Assembly (NCBI GenBank): GCA_028023455.1
Contig: JAQFVV010000010.1
Span: 3,224,001 to 3,288,000 of the forward strand
Source: Epiperipatus broadwayi
Taxonomy: Eukaryota; Animalia; Onychophora
DNA: 64,000 bases
Direction: 5' to 3'
Made by a program: the position numbers and the translations under genes. Below, piece after piece: positions 1 through 14,000 of the stretch (position 1 is its first letter; each line of letters begins with the position of its first letter). The notes below the pieces were generated by a model. That model was not told the DNA's origin. It made no database searches and saw only the letters and a program-made list of their open reading frames with translations.

Positions 1-1080
1 AATAGTAAAATAATTGCTTTAGGAAAACTATAATTTTTTCTCTTTTGAATTGCTTAAGACACATTCATATAAAAATCTATTTATGAGATTTTTATTTAAT
101 CATATTTGATCATGGGTGGAAAAAATATCAATAAATTCACTAAGAGTTAATTATTATTTATGATTTCTCTTACTTAATATTGTTACCAAATTTAAAAAAC
201 ACAGGTCATGCAACATGGTGAAGCAATATATATATATAAATCTGCATTAACATTTATGTAAGAAAATTTCATATGAAATTAGAATCTTTATTTGTAGAAT
301 TTAAGATGTATAGTTTATTAAGAATCTGTTTCTCATTGAAGTTTGACTTCTATTAGTTGTTTTCTTGTTTCTTGCACTTTCATTGTGTTTATACCAAACT
401 CATGACCCAGTTACATAAATATGTTGTTTGTTGTTTTTTGATGTATTCAGAATTTACATACTAGTAATTAATATTTGACTTGCAGTTTTTACATCTTTCA
501 CTTGCTATTAGGGTATTAGTTCATAATCTTTTTTGAATGCAGAATGAAATAAGTAACAATTGGCCTTAAATATTAATAACATTTAATTTTATTTTTTTAC
601 AAAGCAAAATATAAATTATTGACTTATAAATATGATATAAAAATATCAAAAGTGCTCTAGATTAATGGTTATCAAGCTTTGATGAGAAAAATATTTTTAA
701 TTGACTGAAAATTTTTTGTTTCATGGATGAAGGTTCTAATTTTGTATTAGTTTTTGCTATATGTATATCATGATCATCATTTTCAATTATTATTGCTACA
801 CTGCAGAATGAAAGTCTTTCCATGTTTACTCCAATTTTTTTAATCCATAGTGAATTTTCATATCACATCAATAAACTTACTTATTTCATCCATCCATCTT
901 TTGTATGTTCTCTTTCTAAGTCTTTTACAATTACTTGGGATCTAATTTAAAACTAACTGTTCATCTCTTATCATCTCTTTTAGTAATATATTTAGTACAG
1001 CTCCAATTCAATTTTTTAATTCTCCCAGTGATGTCAGTAGTACCTATTTATTCTTTCATCCAAGTATTTTATTTTTAGTC

Positions 1081-1672
1081 TGTTGTGTTTGGTTAGGCTT
1101 ACAGGTTCATTTCCAAGCCAACAGACACAAAAAGAAGAACTACTCAGCAATTAATATGTACAATTTATTAGTCAAAAAAATTATACACACATTAGTTAAA
1201 CAAATTAATAAATACAGATGATACAATTGAATGCTGAGATAGTCGAGTCGAGTATGGAACTCACTTCAAGCTAAATGATTATCCTGCCTCATGAGCTCTG
1301 CTAAGACTTCCAGCTATGTATTTAGCTTGCCTCAAATCGGCTCTAATATGGACATAGTAGTTTCCAGTCCATAGGTGGACTTGCCTCACTGCTTGGACAT
1401 CATGATAATGACTGGAGAAATACCTTTGCTGATGGCAGAGGGTTTAATGAAGAGCACATTCTGTCATTCAGGTTAACAGAAGTAATTGCTCTCTACCTTG
1501 CCTCCAAAAGGCTGACTATCTAATGGCAGATCCTCTATCTTACTGGAAACTTGCGGATTTGGTGTGCGAACCCCAGTGAAGGATTTAATCCCTTTGGATA
1601 GCAACTGGGTGCTAGCCAATCAGGTAAGGAATCTGGAATAGTCCATTTTTAAAGGCAAGATCAGATATGACA
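1081..1672 (-). mobile_element. Solo LTR related to the LTRs of the element at 41875..45261
   Basis: TG...CA termini; 5-bp flanks tagtc (1076-1080) / cagtc (1673-1677) differ at one base; the end (aggaatctgg..tagtccatt..aaggcaag..gatatgaca) aligns with 42493-42539 and 45215-45261. Confidence 0.75.
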
Positions 1673-1966
1673 CAGTCCCTTCTTGTTACACATATATATG
1701 TATTTTACTATAATTCATTATTTTAATTATATATTGTCATTTATTTCCAGTTAAGATATATATGTGTATGTGTAAATAATGTAACAAAATATAATCATGC
1801 TTTTGAGAATGATCTTCCAAATTCATTGCTTTAGATTTTTGATTCAGTTATGGATATATTAAAATTATAATAATACAGTATTATTTTTAATGTATGGTTG
1901 TTAAGTCAATTGCTTTACTTATGATTGTTTACTTATAAAAGCATGAAAATCATTTTTATTTTTTAG

Positions 1967-2030
1967 AAAATTTGGTGTGATTGTCGATTTAGGCTCAGGT
2001 CGTGGTTATGTTGGCAAACATCTTACTAAG
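1967..2030 (+). CDS. NDUFAF5: NDUFAF5 exon (64 bp), SAM-binding motif I
   Basis: ttttag|a aaa ttt ggt...act aag|gtaaat; encodes [21 protein letters not shown]. Confidence 0.95.
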
Positions 2031-5000
2031 GTAAATAGATTAAATATGTACATATATATATATATTTGCATAATTATATTTTAAAGTATTGGTAAAATTG
2101 ATATTGCAATATTTAAAATGTCCCTAATTTTAATTACACCTTTATTTTCAAAATACTAAACCCCCACCCCTTCTGTCATTGTTTAATATAAATGTTTCAA
2201 ATTCTATTGAAATTCAGCATGAATAAATTTAAAAATTACCAAGTTATTTTTTTATCAAATGATATAATTTTAAATTGCAAGTGTAATATGAAGTTATAAA
2301 TATATACACATTTACCCTGCTTAGCGATTGACTATTTAGCGATATTTCACAATAGCGATCATCATCAATTTATACCCACTACTTTGATTTACAATCGATT
2401 TTTCACTTAAACGGTCAAGAAAAAATTAAAAAAAAAAAATTTTTGTCAGACATTTTGAATTTTGTGTCACTGATGACATCAAAGATAGGTATATTAAATT
2501 CATTTAACCCAAAAGCAAAAGTATATTATTGTAATATGTATACAGGTAATGACTTTGCTGTAATTGTATATACATACAATATTTTATTCATAAAACACTT
2601 AAAATATCTATAATTACTGAACCTATAATATTGTATACATCATATATAATAACACAGCAAATGTTCATCCACTTTTTTAAAAAAAATACGTATATATGTT
2701 CTACAATAATATCAATAAATTAAAAATCCTCCTTTTTCTTTTCAAAAACTTTATTTTCTTATCTCAATACTGAACATATACAGTATATATATTTATATAA
2801 TACAAAATTCCAACATTTCAACGTTGATTTATAATTAAATAATGTAAAAGAAAGAGTAATAAAATATAGCAGTGGGAGAGAGATATCCTTGAAAATGACT
2901 GTATGAAGATAAACAGTTGAAATGTTGGAGTTTTGTATTATATAAATACTGTATATACAGTATATATATATATATATGTTCAGTATTGAGATAAGAAAAT
3001 AAAGTTTTTGAAAATGAGAAGGATTTTTAATTTGTTGATAATACTGTACATATAAGTGTTGAATGTCTTTAGAAAAATTAAACTTTATTTAAATACATGT
3101 ACAGTACTTGGATTATTTAAATAAAGTTTAATTTTTCTAAAGACATTCAACACTTATATTAGATGATGAAATAGTCCAATATATAAATACAGTACAGGAC
3201 AACTAAAATATCATCATCACAAACTTTCAGAAAAACACTAAATATGAATATTAAACTGTGTGTGTGTGTTTCTTAATTACGATATATTATTTTTAGAACA
3301 CCTGGATAATTATGTAAACATAGTTATTGATTTTGTAACTTCTTTTATAAACATGTTGTTTACACTCAAGTTGTTTCAGATTAAAAGAAAAACAACATTT
3401 TAAAACGCAAATGTCGAATTAGATAAGTTTAAAAAGAAAAACAGATTGCATTTAATTAATAATCTTTCTACTCGAATGGGGGGGGGGGAGCACTATTACA
3501 TTAATAAAAATATACAGTAAGAAAAATAAACCTAGCTATGTTTTAGAAAATTAGAAGTTAGATTTTTTACTTTTAAAATAAGTTGATTTTTTACCTTCTA
3601 AAGTTGACTGCTTTACTATACGCATTAAACATTTTGTTACTGTGGAGTGTAGTAATAAGTCTTTATGTTCAATTAAATAATTAAACATTGTTTTTTAATT
3701 TGAATAATTTCACAAAAGTAATAAACATAAATGTACAGTAATATATACTGTAATACAAAGTTAAAAAAAAAGCACTTCAGTATGGATTTTTTTTTTCATT
3801 ACGATGAAAAACTTCTGTGGAAGAATATAAAAACTTTTAAATTCAAATTTAGTTTCACTTTCTCTTTCTCTTTGCTGTTCTGTACTTTTTAAAATGAAAA
3901 TATGCATTTTTTTTCCTAGTGATATAAAATTTTTCTTTTTAGATACCATATTTAGTCATCACTGTCATGAAAAAATCAAGAAATTCTTTGAGCTTGGAAA
4001 CCAATGTTGATATTTTATGTCGACTGGAACTGACCAATTTTTTCCCCATAGACCCCCATTATAATTACGTATTCTGTATACGATATTCTTGCTTAACGAT
4101 GAGTTTTGGAGGACCAATTGTCAGCGCTAAATGGGGTAAAGGTGTATATATATATGAACAAAAAATCTCATGTTGGTTCATATAACAAATCTGGATAAAA
4201 TTTGAAAATTTTTTTGATAGGTGAAGATCTCCAAGCATACTTAGGATTTTCTTCAAATAACAACCTATCTGAGAAATTAAGGATGATATAAGATATACTT
4301 AATTTTTCAAGTAATTCAATAGCATATTTAATATTATAATGATGAAAGTCTTCCTTCTCTTTGCTGTCATTCTTTTCTTCATCTTCATCATTAATTAGTG
4401 ATTAAAAAAATGACAAATACAATGAATATGAACTTTGAATATGTTTATGAATTTTGTTGTTTAAAAAGTTTTTGACTTTGTATTAATGCTTTTAAAATTG
4501 AGAAAATTGAAATAACTTGTATTTATTTATTAATAAATTATAAGCTGCCATTATTTTATGTGACAAAGTAAACATGTTATAAGGCATTTGTATTTTTATA
4601 TTGGACTATTTCCATCATCTAATATAAGTATTGAATGTCTTTAGAAAAATTAAACTTTATTTAAATATTCTAAATACATTCAGCTGTTAGTAATAGCATA
4701 TCAAACAGGTTAATATATGCACAACATTTTGAGAAGTATTATTTCCCCCTCTTCTTCAAGTGTTTCTGGCTTGACCAGTAACAGTACTAGTATGGGATTC
4801 AAACCTGAACCCTTATATTCTTGAGTATTGAATTTTAAAGTAACACTCTAACCAACTGAGTCATCCTGCCAAAGGCAACAGTCAATAGAAATTTCATATA
4901 CTTATCTATGAGGTTCTCCTGATTTTTCCACTTTTTCCTAAGAGCAAAGTTGATTAGTGATTTCCATACATTATTTATAGTCACACTAGGTTGTCTCATG

Positions 5001-8000
5001 GGATTTTTTGCTATTGTCATGTGAGCCTTAAAATTCAATATTCAAGAATCTAAGGGTTCGTGTTCGAATCCAATGCTAGTACTGTCACTGGTCAGGCCAG
5101 CAACACCTGAAGAAGAGGAGGAAATAATACCTCTCAAAATGTGCATATATTAAGCTGTTTGATATGCTATTACTAACAGTTGAATGTATTTGGAATATTT
5201 AAATAAAGTTTAATTTTTCTAAAGACATTCAATAGTTATATTAGATGATGGAAACAGCCCAATATAAAAATACAACTAGAATACCATCATCACAAATCTT
5301 CAGGAAAATACATGTTATAAGACAGTTTTCTCAATCTCTTAGGAAAAGATTGCTTTTTAGTAAAAGGTGTTGTTGACTTAATTTAACAATATAAGCATAT
5401 ATTATTGAAAATTTCAAATTGAAGAAAAATGTGTATTATCATGGTACACTTTTTAAAAAATTGTTGCTACCATGGTTCATCAAAAATAAGACCAGGTCTT
5501 ATATGAATTTTTGTACCAAAAGACACTGCAGGGCATATTTTTTCATGTATAAAAATTACATTTATTGACATACAAATATATACATCTATTCAAAATCTCA
5601 AAGCTACTTCCCAAACATGTTTTTTCAGCAATTCTTCTGTAAATATTTTAATTTTCAGCTAATGATACACATTGGGATATTTATATTTATTTAAATGCAC
5701 AAAAACTTGTCTTGGGTCAAAATATTATTCCATTTAAATTTACTATTAAATCAAGTGTTAACTGAAGACTAACGAGATAGGAATGGTAACAAAAATTAAT
5801 ACAAATAAGAATGATTATCCATACAAAAGCAATGAAAAAATGCAAGGACAAAAATTCCAGTTACAACACACTGCATATTAAATTACAAATATTTATATAA
5901 GACACAACCACATCCATTTATTATCAAGAGCATACATTATAAACATTTTCCAAATTCTTCATAATAGCGCCATTTGGCTATTCTTTTTTAAAACTTTTCT
6001 TTAAGAGAAAGATTGATTTTAAACTCTTTTAGGGGAGAAACAAAAACATTTAAGAAACAAAGCTGATTTTTCTTTTATCTTAGAGAATATTTAATAGCTA
6101 CCATAATCAAATTCTAAAATTAAGTCAAGCATTCTAAATCTAAATATTAAATAAAATAAGTACTTAAAATTACATAAATGAAATTATAAATTATTCAATA
6201 TACTGGTTTGTGGTAAATAAAATTTTAAAAGTTTGTTAAATTGTTAATAAAATAAATAAATTGGTTATCTTAAATACAAGATTTGGCTAAAGGGAAATTA
6301 TTTCTCTATGCACATAGAATTATGTTTGTTGAATGTTCATTAGGAAAATAAATACCATTATAATTTCTATTATCGTTTATTTAAAGCATTAATGTCAATA
6401 TTGTTTATTTATACATTCATTACTTTAGAATTCAATACAGACATTGTGTATTTCAACAAATGAAATCTGTTTATCTGAATGATGCTCTTAACTAGGGCTT
6501 ATATTACAAGCATCCTGAAAAATCATGATAGGGCTTATTTTTTGGTCAGATATTATTTTCAGGGAAACATGGTATTTTAAAATATATTTTCAAAGTCTAA
6601 AGATAAGTACTATTATACACAAACAATAATGATTTCTAAACTATTTCTTTGTTTTATTTAATATAAAATGTTTTGACTATTACATCTTACATTCTTCTTT
6701 AGACTATCATTTTATCTCAGTTATAAAACACGTATTTAAAGAAATGTACTTGAGATGTTTGTTGTTAGTATTATTTTTATATATTGTAGAGATATATGCT
6801 TTAGAGAGAAAAACAAATTTTGTTTTATAAATATCAATTATCATTATGATAAGCCTCTTGAGGATAATAGTAAATACATCCACTTGTTATGCCCATGACT
6901 TAGAGTTCAAATCCAGGCCAAGTAAATCTTGAAAATATTTATAAGTTTACATAAAGCTTAGAATGGTTTTTTTTTTTTTTAAAAAGACAGCCAATTTCAA
7001 TCCATCTATCCATTCATTATCATTTGGTAATTGGAGTTAAAGGGTAAAACAAATGGAAAATTATACAAATTATCACCATTTAGCAGTTGGAAAGCTTGGA
7101 AACTAATGCTTTCTTTATAGTTCTCTAAAAGATGCTGCTGGAAAGACTTTTGCTCTACAGCATGTCATTTACAAGCTGTTTTATCTTTACCTACATGAAC
7201 TATTTCTGATTAACACAAATTTGAATATATGGGAATAAATTTTAAAAGGAAAAACATTAGACTTGTATTATCTAAAAATATAGTAAAACAGGCAAAACTC
7301 TCCATACAGTAGTGCCACTCAGTGCCAGCCAGAGTAATCAATGGATGCCAGAAGGCTTGTGCACTGAGTGGCACTACTTTATGGAGAGTTTTGCCTGTTT
7401 TAATAACAGTTATGAGCAAGCATAAGAAATAGTGATCATGTGATATTTACTGGTTTAAAAATATAGTAATGGAAAAGAGGATATTATGTTTATTTAAAGT
7501 ATAGGAATAAAAAAAACCTAATATAATAAAAAAACTTTTAGATTTATTACAATATATTTGAATTTATACAAGCATTAATGTAATTGATTTATTATAAAAA
7601 TTAAAAATTTTAATAAATTAAATAATTCTTGATAGAATATGAAGTAATGAAGTATTCTTGTGGAAAATTTAATTCAATATCACATGATAAGATCAAAATA
7701 TTTGCTAAGTCATTATGGAAAAGAAAACTGCAAATCATTTGTGAGAAGTAATGGAATATTAATAGATGATGAAAGTGATATTTACATTAATATGTAAAAG
7801 TTAAATAATCATAAATTAATGATAATAAGATAAAAAGAAGAAAAACAAATTTAAATAGAAGTCTAAATAATTAATTTTGAAGTATGTAAAATCTTTTGCC
7901 CTTATTTTGAGATTTTTTTTGTTTCTTTATTTTTATCCTTTTATTTTTGAAATAGTTTTCATTGTAATGACAATCATTATCAGTTTTTTAAACTGAAAAT

Positions 8001-11000
8001 TGGAAGATATTTAAATAAAATGATTGATAATGATATTTAATGATCTCATTGCTAAAAATAAAAACATAATAAAAAAGTGTGTATTAAGTGAATTTTGTCA
8101 AGACAGTTTTGTGAATTTTAAAAAGTATTTTGGCAAGGAAAATTTGAGATAATGTAAAAAGCACTTGTTCATTAGGAGTAATTAAATATTTAAGTAAATT
8201 AGAAATTATCTGAAAAGAAATGTAGATAATTGATTAAATATAGAAATAAGTTAATATCTGTCTTAAATTTTAATAATCAAGAAATACTTTCATTTGTTAC
8301 TTTTATATAAATTAAAAAGTGTTTTGTATGATTTTTTTTCTTTTGTGTAGGATACAGTAGATATACTCTACCAGTGTGAAATCTCTGATGTTATGTTGGT
8401 AAAAAAATTTTGCTATTTATTTATTATTGTACTAGCTTGTGTGTGTGTATATATATATATGTATGTATGTAATAGAATGAAACTCAGTCATTGTTACATA
8501 TAATTTAGAGCCACTATAATAGAGTTCATTCCATAAGTATGATCTGAACACAATGAAAGTATAAATAATTAAATATGTTCACTTTACTTTATCACTGTTA
8601 CAATACTTGTTTTATTTAACTCAATCAGCCTAACGGTTTCAATTGACCAGAAGTCTTCTTCACAGCTATATTAGAGTTTAAAAATAAAAATTTTAAATGG
8701 ATACTCTGTAATAATGTCTTTATTATGTGTATGTTTGTATAATTAATTATATATATGTACTTATATTTAATATAAAAATTAATTTAAAAAAAATATTATA
8801 AAAAAAAAATATTAATATATAATTTTATTTGTTGTTTTTTAATTATTTATGTGTGTACATTATATATATATATTTTAAAAAAATGAATATATACATACTA
8901 ATAAATAATATTTAACACAGCATTACGCTGTTGCACATGCGCTTTGAAAATTTTAACTATAAATGAATGAATACTAACACTCAACCACATGATAAAATCT
9001 TTGGGAAAAAAAAAAGATTTATTTACATACTAATAAATAGCAACTGCAGTATAAAATATTTAAGAAACAACTTTGTAGGATAATCAGCAGATTTATGTTT
9101 TCTACTAAAAGACAGATTAACTAACTATACATTATTGCTAACTAATTATATTTAATTATTATTGATAGTAGTCTACTATTGCTTATCATTGCATAATCTC
9201 AACTATGGAGCTACATCAAAAATTTTAATGAATCCTGTGTGCATCATTGTTAGTTTAACAAATTTAAGTTGATCACTGGTTTTTCATATAAAGCTGTAGA
9301 TTACATGTTTTTTATTGGATTATCTGTTTAAAAGTAAGTCTAATTACCCAGGCAATATTGTGGGATTTTTAGAGGTGGAAAGTACATGGTTCATGATATT
9401 ATATTAACACAATTTGTTTTAATGACCTGTATTTATATAATTACTTTATTATTATTTATATACCAAGCACTGATTCTAAGTTATGAAATGTTATTTTTAT
9501 ATTCTTTTAATTAATTTTTTATTTTTAAAAAAGAACAAAACATAAACAGATAGTTTTCCAAAAATATTTATTAATTAATAGCTTATATGACTGGCTCTAT
9601 GAGATCTGATACATACACAAATATAGACAGTAGAACTCTTTTTTGTTTATGTAATAAAAAAAAAAGCCAATTACAATTATCTTCAAAATAGTCCTCTTCT
9701 AAGTTAGCATATGACACCGTCATTTTTTACAACAATGTCAGAATTTATATACTATAAAATTGCTGAGAATCTCCATTATTTAGATTTCATACTTTCTACT
9801 GCTAAAAAAATGGATCTCTTTAAAGAATGAAAATGAGAAAGACTATGAATTGATGCATTAAATATAATCATATTAAAATATACATATATGTGAAAGAAAG
9901 ATGTTTCATTTACAATACATTTACCTAATGTAATTAGAAGGGCTTTAAACTCACACTTTTAAGCTCCCTATAGCTATCCACTCCATCTTATACAACTAAT
10001 ATACATGACCACATACATGTGAAAAAGATAAATGATTTCCAATATACGTATTTCATCCTGAAACAGCAGTTATCATTTGGTCCAGATCATCATCTCCCAC
10101 ACATATATATAATCAGTGCTTAGTTTATATTAAGATAGTAAATCTTCAATCTTTAATGAACAGGCTTCAATCTTTTCCACCTATCAACTCTTCAGCTATC
10201 TATATTATTGAAATACATTTGTCTGTAACTTCAGGGAATTTATAATGCCATTTTATATATTTTTTATTGTATGATTTTCTAAGATTCTAAGATTGTTTCT
10301 CACATTGTGTTATTTAGGGCATATGTGTGTTGCCAAGAAAATAGATTATTTCAAAAGTCTTTTCAATTTCCCAATGAAAATTTTACTTATATATGTATGT
10401 ATATATGTATGTTTGTCCCAAGAAAACATTTTCTACTTCTTAATCTATATGTATATATTTCTATAATATCACAAAATATATAGTGTAACCATATGTTTTG
10501 GCTCAATGATAGTCAGATTTATTCAGTGGACCAGTGTGTAAAATTTTAAATTTTAAATGGGTAATAATTTGTTAAGATATTGAAAATAAGTGTGTAGAGA
10601 TTAATTATAGAGTGAAATGCTTGTGGATTATAATTTTACAACCAAGCAAAAGCTCACTAAGAAATATCTTGAAAGTAGTGATGATCTTGACTGTGAGACA
10701 CTGGAAAGTCTGATAGAGTGGATAAAAATCTCATAAACCTTTTATCACAAGTTTCAGTGGCAGCTATTTCAATATAATATTTTAATAGTTAAACTAATTT
10801 GGAAGCATGAAAATATATAACACTTTATTAGTATTATTAAACAATAATTAAAAATAAACAGCAAAATCAATTTATAAGTCTTCTAAATTTTCTTTATAAA
10901 CAATCTTTAAATATATTATAGTTTAATTTAAATTGAAATATAAGTCTAGATTTTTTTTATCACTAGAGGGATAAAACTATTAGGCATTTAATACAAAGAA

Positions 11001-14000
11001 TAAATACTATGACAAGTGTAGAGGGAGGGGACTACTAAGAAATGTAAATCGGAACAGGACTGTAACTCTCCACTTATGAAATAAAATATAAGGAATAAGC
11101 TAGAAAATAATAATTTTGAAAATTAATTTGGACAAAATTTCATGATTATATGGATTTGAACAAAATGGAGTAAAAACTTAATAGCCCTGTGACATCTCTG
11201 CACTACTTTTCATCGATCTTAGATTCTTAACTTTGCCTACTGAAGAAAAAACTGGAATGACCGCTATTTGGATAAATATTTGCCTAAACATGTACAATTT
11301 GGAATGAAAAATAATACCAGAAAACATAAGCAATTATTTTTGTTTTCTTTATTTTAATCAATTGTCAGAACTAATAATAACACAAACGTTATTTAGTTTG
11401 AAGAGAAAAAAAGATTAAAGTATTTTGATTTTCGTGCTGCCCTTAGGCTGTAAGCAGAAAAATATATTCGTTTTCAAATTATCTTTTCAGTGAAAATAAT
11501 TCGAAATCATTTTTAAGAAAAGTTTCAAGAGATAATGAAGGCACTAAAATTTCATTTTTAAATCATATAAAGTAATTAGTTTTAAAAGAAAAATGCATGA
11601 ATTATTTCTTATTTTCATTGGGGAAAGAACTCATCTGCTCTGATATTTCCCCGCAAAGTTGTCACGTATATTTTATTAATAATTATATACTATTGAATCA
11701 ATTCTGCTTAACATTCTTAAATATGAATTAATTTGCTGATAGTAGTAAATAAAGAAATATTGATTTTTTTTTATCTTGATTATACAACATATAAATTAGT
11801 AATATTTTAAGTGTTTAAAATTGCCCAGATTATTTAAAAATTGTGACAATTACCATGGACGGAAAAACAAAGTAAACAAAATCCATAAATGATTTTAAAA
11901 AGTTTGTTTTAAAGATCATAATAAACTTATTTTAATTGTGCTACATTTGGAAAAGTATAAGTTATATATTAATTAAAAATGCATAGAAGATCATATTTAT
12001 AACTGAATAGATTTTTCTCAGTATAACTAAAAACATCCGAATTTGCTGATAAAAGGGAAGTGAAAGAAGTATTTATTTATTTTTATTGTTAGTGAATAAC
12101 TTGCCAAGTAATAATATTTTAAACTGTTTTAAAATCACCCAGATCATTTAAGAGTATGACGGATCTTCGCGCAGATGGAAAAGCAAAAATAGACAAATCA
12201 ATAAATACTAATTAAACCTATTTTAAGTGTCTTATTCTCGAAAATGTTTTAATATTGCTTCATTATGCTTACATTAGTACATAAACCGATAAAGTATTTT
12301 TATTGCCTTTGGAGAAGTGTTTGAATTTTGTCTGAAGATGCTAATAAATATTTAACAGGATAATCAACTATTACTTAGGAATGTTTGCTTATCATATCCA
12401 TTTTCATGTTGTTTTGCTTATAAGAATGTATCAAACTTTGATAAAATCCAATGGGAGAAAATGTAATGTTTGTTTATTTTTGTTATTACTATATATAATA
12501 TTGTAATATGTTTTTTTTTCCTTTCATGTGTTATTCAGGCATTAGGTTTTTTTTTATATTTATATATCAGGGTATAGAATATACTTAGTAATGATGTAGC
12601 TGTGTATAAAGTTATATACATTTATTACCCATATTTTTGTTATTTTTCCAATGAAGGGAAAGCATAATGTTAAATATCATTTATCTAGTAAGAAAGAGAA
12701 ATGTTTATTTCTTTCACTGCTAAAACAGATATTAATATTATATTGAGGAGGGGAACAAACAGACCCAAACTGGTCAAAATTATACACATAATGATACAAT
12801 TGTTCTATTATATAAAATAATTTAATAAGCATTTTTTTTATTGCTTAATTTTGCCTATGAATGAAAATGTCCACCGTAAATACAAAATGTAGTTTAATCC
12901 TCCTTGTTTACATGTACATGGCTTGCTATAATAAAAAGTATAATTATTATTTTAAAATAATTAATGGTCATTTTACTGATATTGGTGATTTGTTTATAAA
13001 ACATTAACATTTTCTGCAATGTGAAATGGAATATTTATGTATCCACTTATATTATTAGTGTTGTTTTACCTTGCTATTGTATTGATCAGAATTTGTGATA
13101 GATTTTAGGATGAGTTTGTGCTACATATAAGAGCATTAGATATAATAATATTAATATTGTGCATGGGATGATGGAGAATTTCTCATTGTTGATTAATATG
13201 AGAGTATGATATTGTTGAGGCTAATTAAGAGTTAGTGCTTAGAGCATAGTTAATCCTAAAAAAGGATGATCCCCATGGTCTGAATTCTATTTCCCAGTGA
13301 AGAGACACTGCCTGCACTTTTATACCTATGAAGGTATTGGAATTGGCCATATTATTATACAACTATCATGTTGTTTTGTAGAGCCTCCCTTTATTGTTAG
13401 ATCCCTCATGAAGTTATATAGTTAGTTTTCCACCATGTATGGTGAAGTTTCGTATTTCATAATCAATAGCAAGGATAAGATAAAGTCAGATTATGGGACA
13501 CTGATGTAGCTATAGTGTTTGTCTAATTGGAATAGGGTCTTTCTGATGTTGTGTAATCTTCATCAGTTTATAAACAGACCAACCAAAACTTACTAGTGAT
13601 TGTAGAACTTCTATATAAAAGAGCAAGGTATGTACATGGACAATATGGATTGGTTTTCAACAAGTAGTTATTCGCTGATGGATCGGTAATATTAGTTAAT
13701 TAATAAATGGTTAAGTTGTGGACATAGTGAATGTTTGGTGTCATATGTGCATTTAATTTATGATGTTTGCCCCATATCAATACAATGAAATTTTTTTTAT
13801 AGTAAATTGTAATAAATTATTACTTGTATTGAATATGATAATTGCCCTTATCATATTCTAATAACTCAAACAGCTACAGTTTGATATAATAAATTATAAT
13901 TTAGAGTTTTTACATTTAAAAAGTTGCGTATATCCAAAGGACATTAATACATTTGTTTGCAATTTAAATGCCAAGTTAGCTCAAATAAGGTTTAAATATC

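Noticed and set aside
2315-2420. CpG-rich stretch with three tagcgat motifs, possible MITE end
   Set aside because: No matching opposite terminus found.
3761-4256. Overlapping short ORFs (62-72 aa)
   Set aside because: No recognisable motif, low-complexity composition, inside an NDUFAF5 intron; expected by chance in AT-rich DNA.
4775-4870. Possible genuine intron-containing tRNA gene (also 59855-59930)
   Set aside because: The acceptor stem does not close, no valid anticodon loop is present, and copies are diverged and embedded in a repeat; treated as a tRNA-derived module.
12290-12330. ctgaagatgct, a hammerhead-like start
   Set aside because: No closing stem II or GAAA box downstream.
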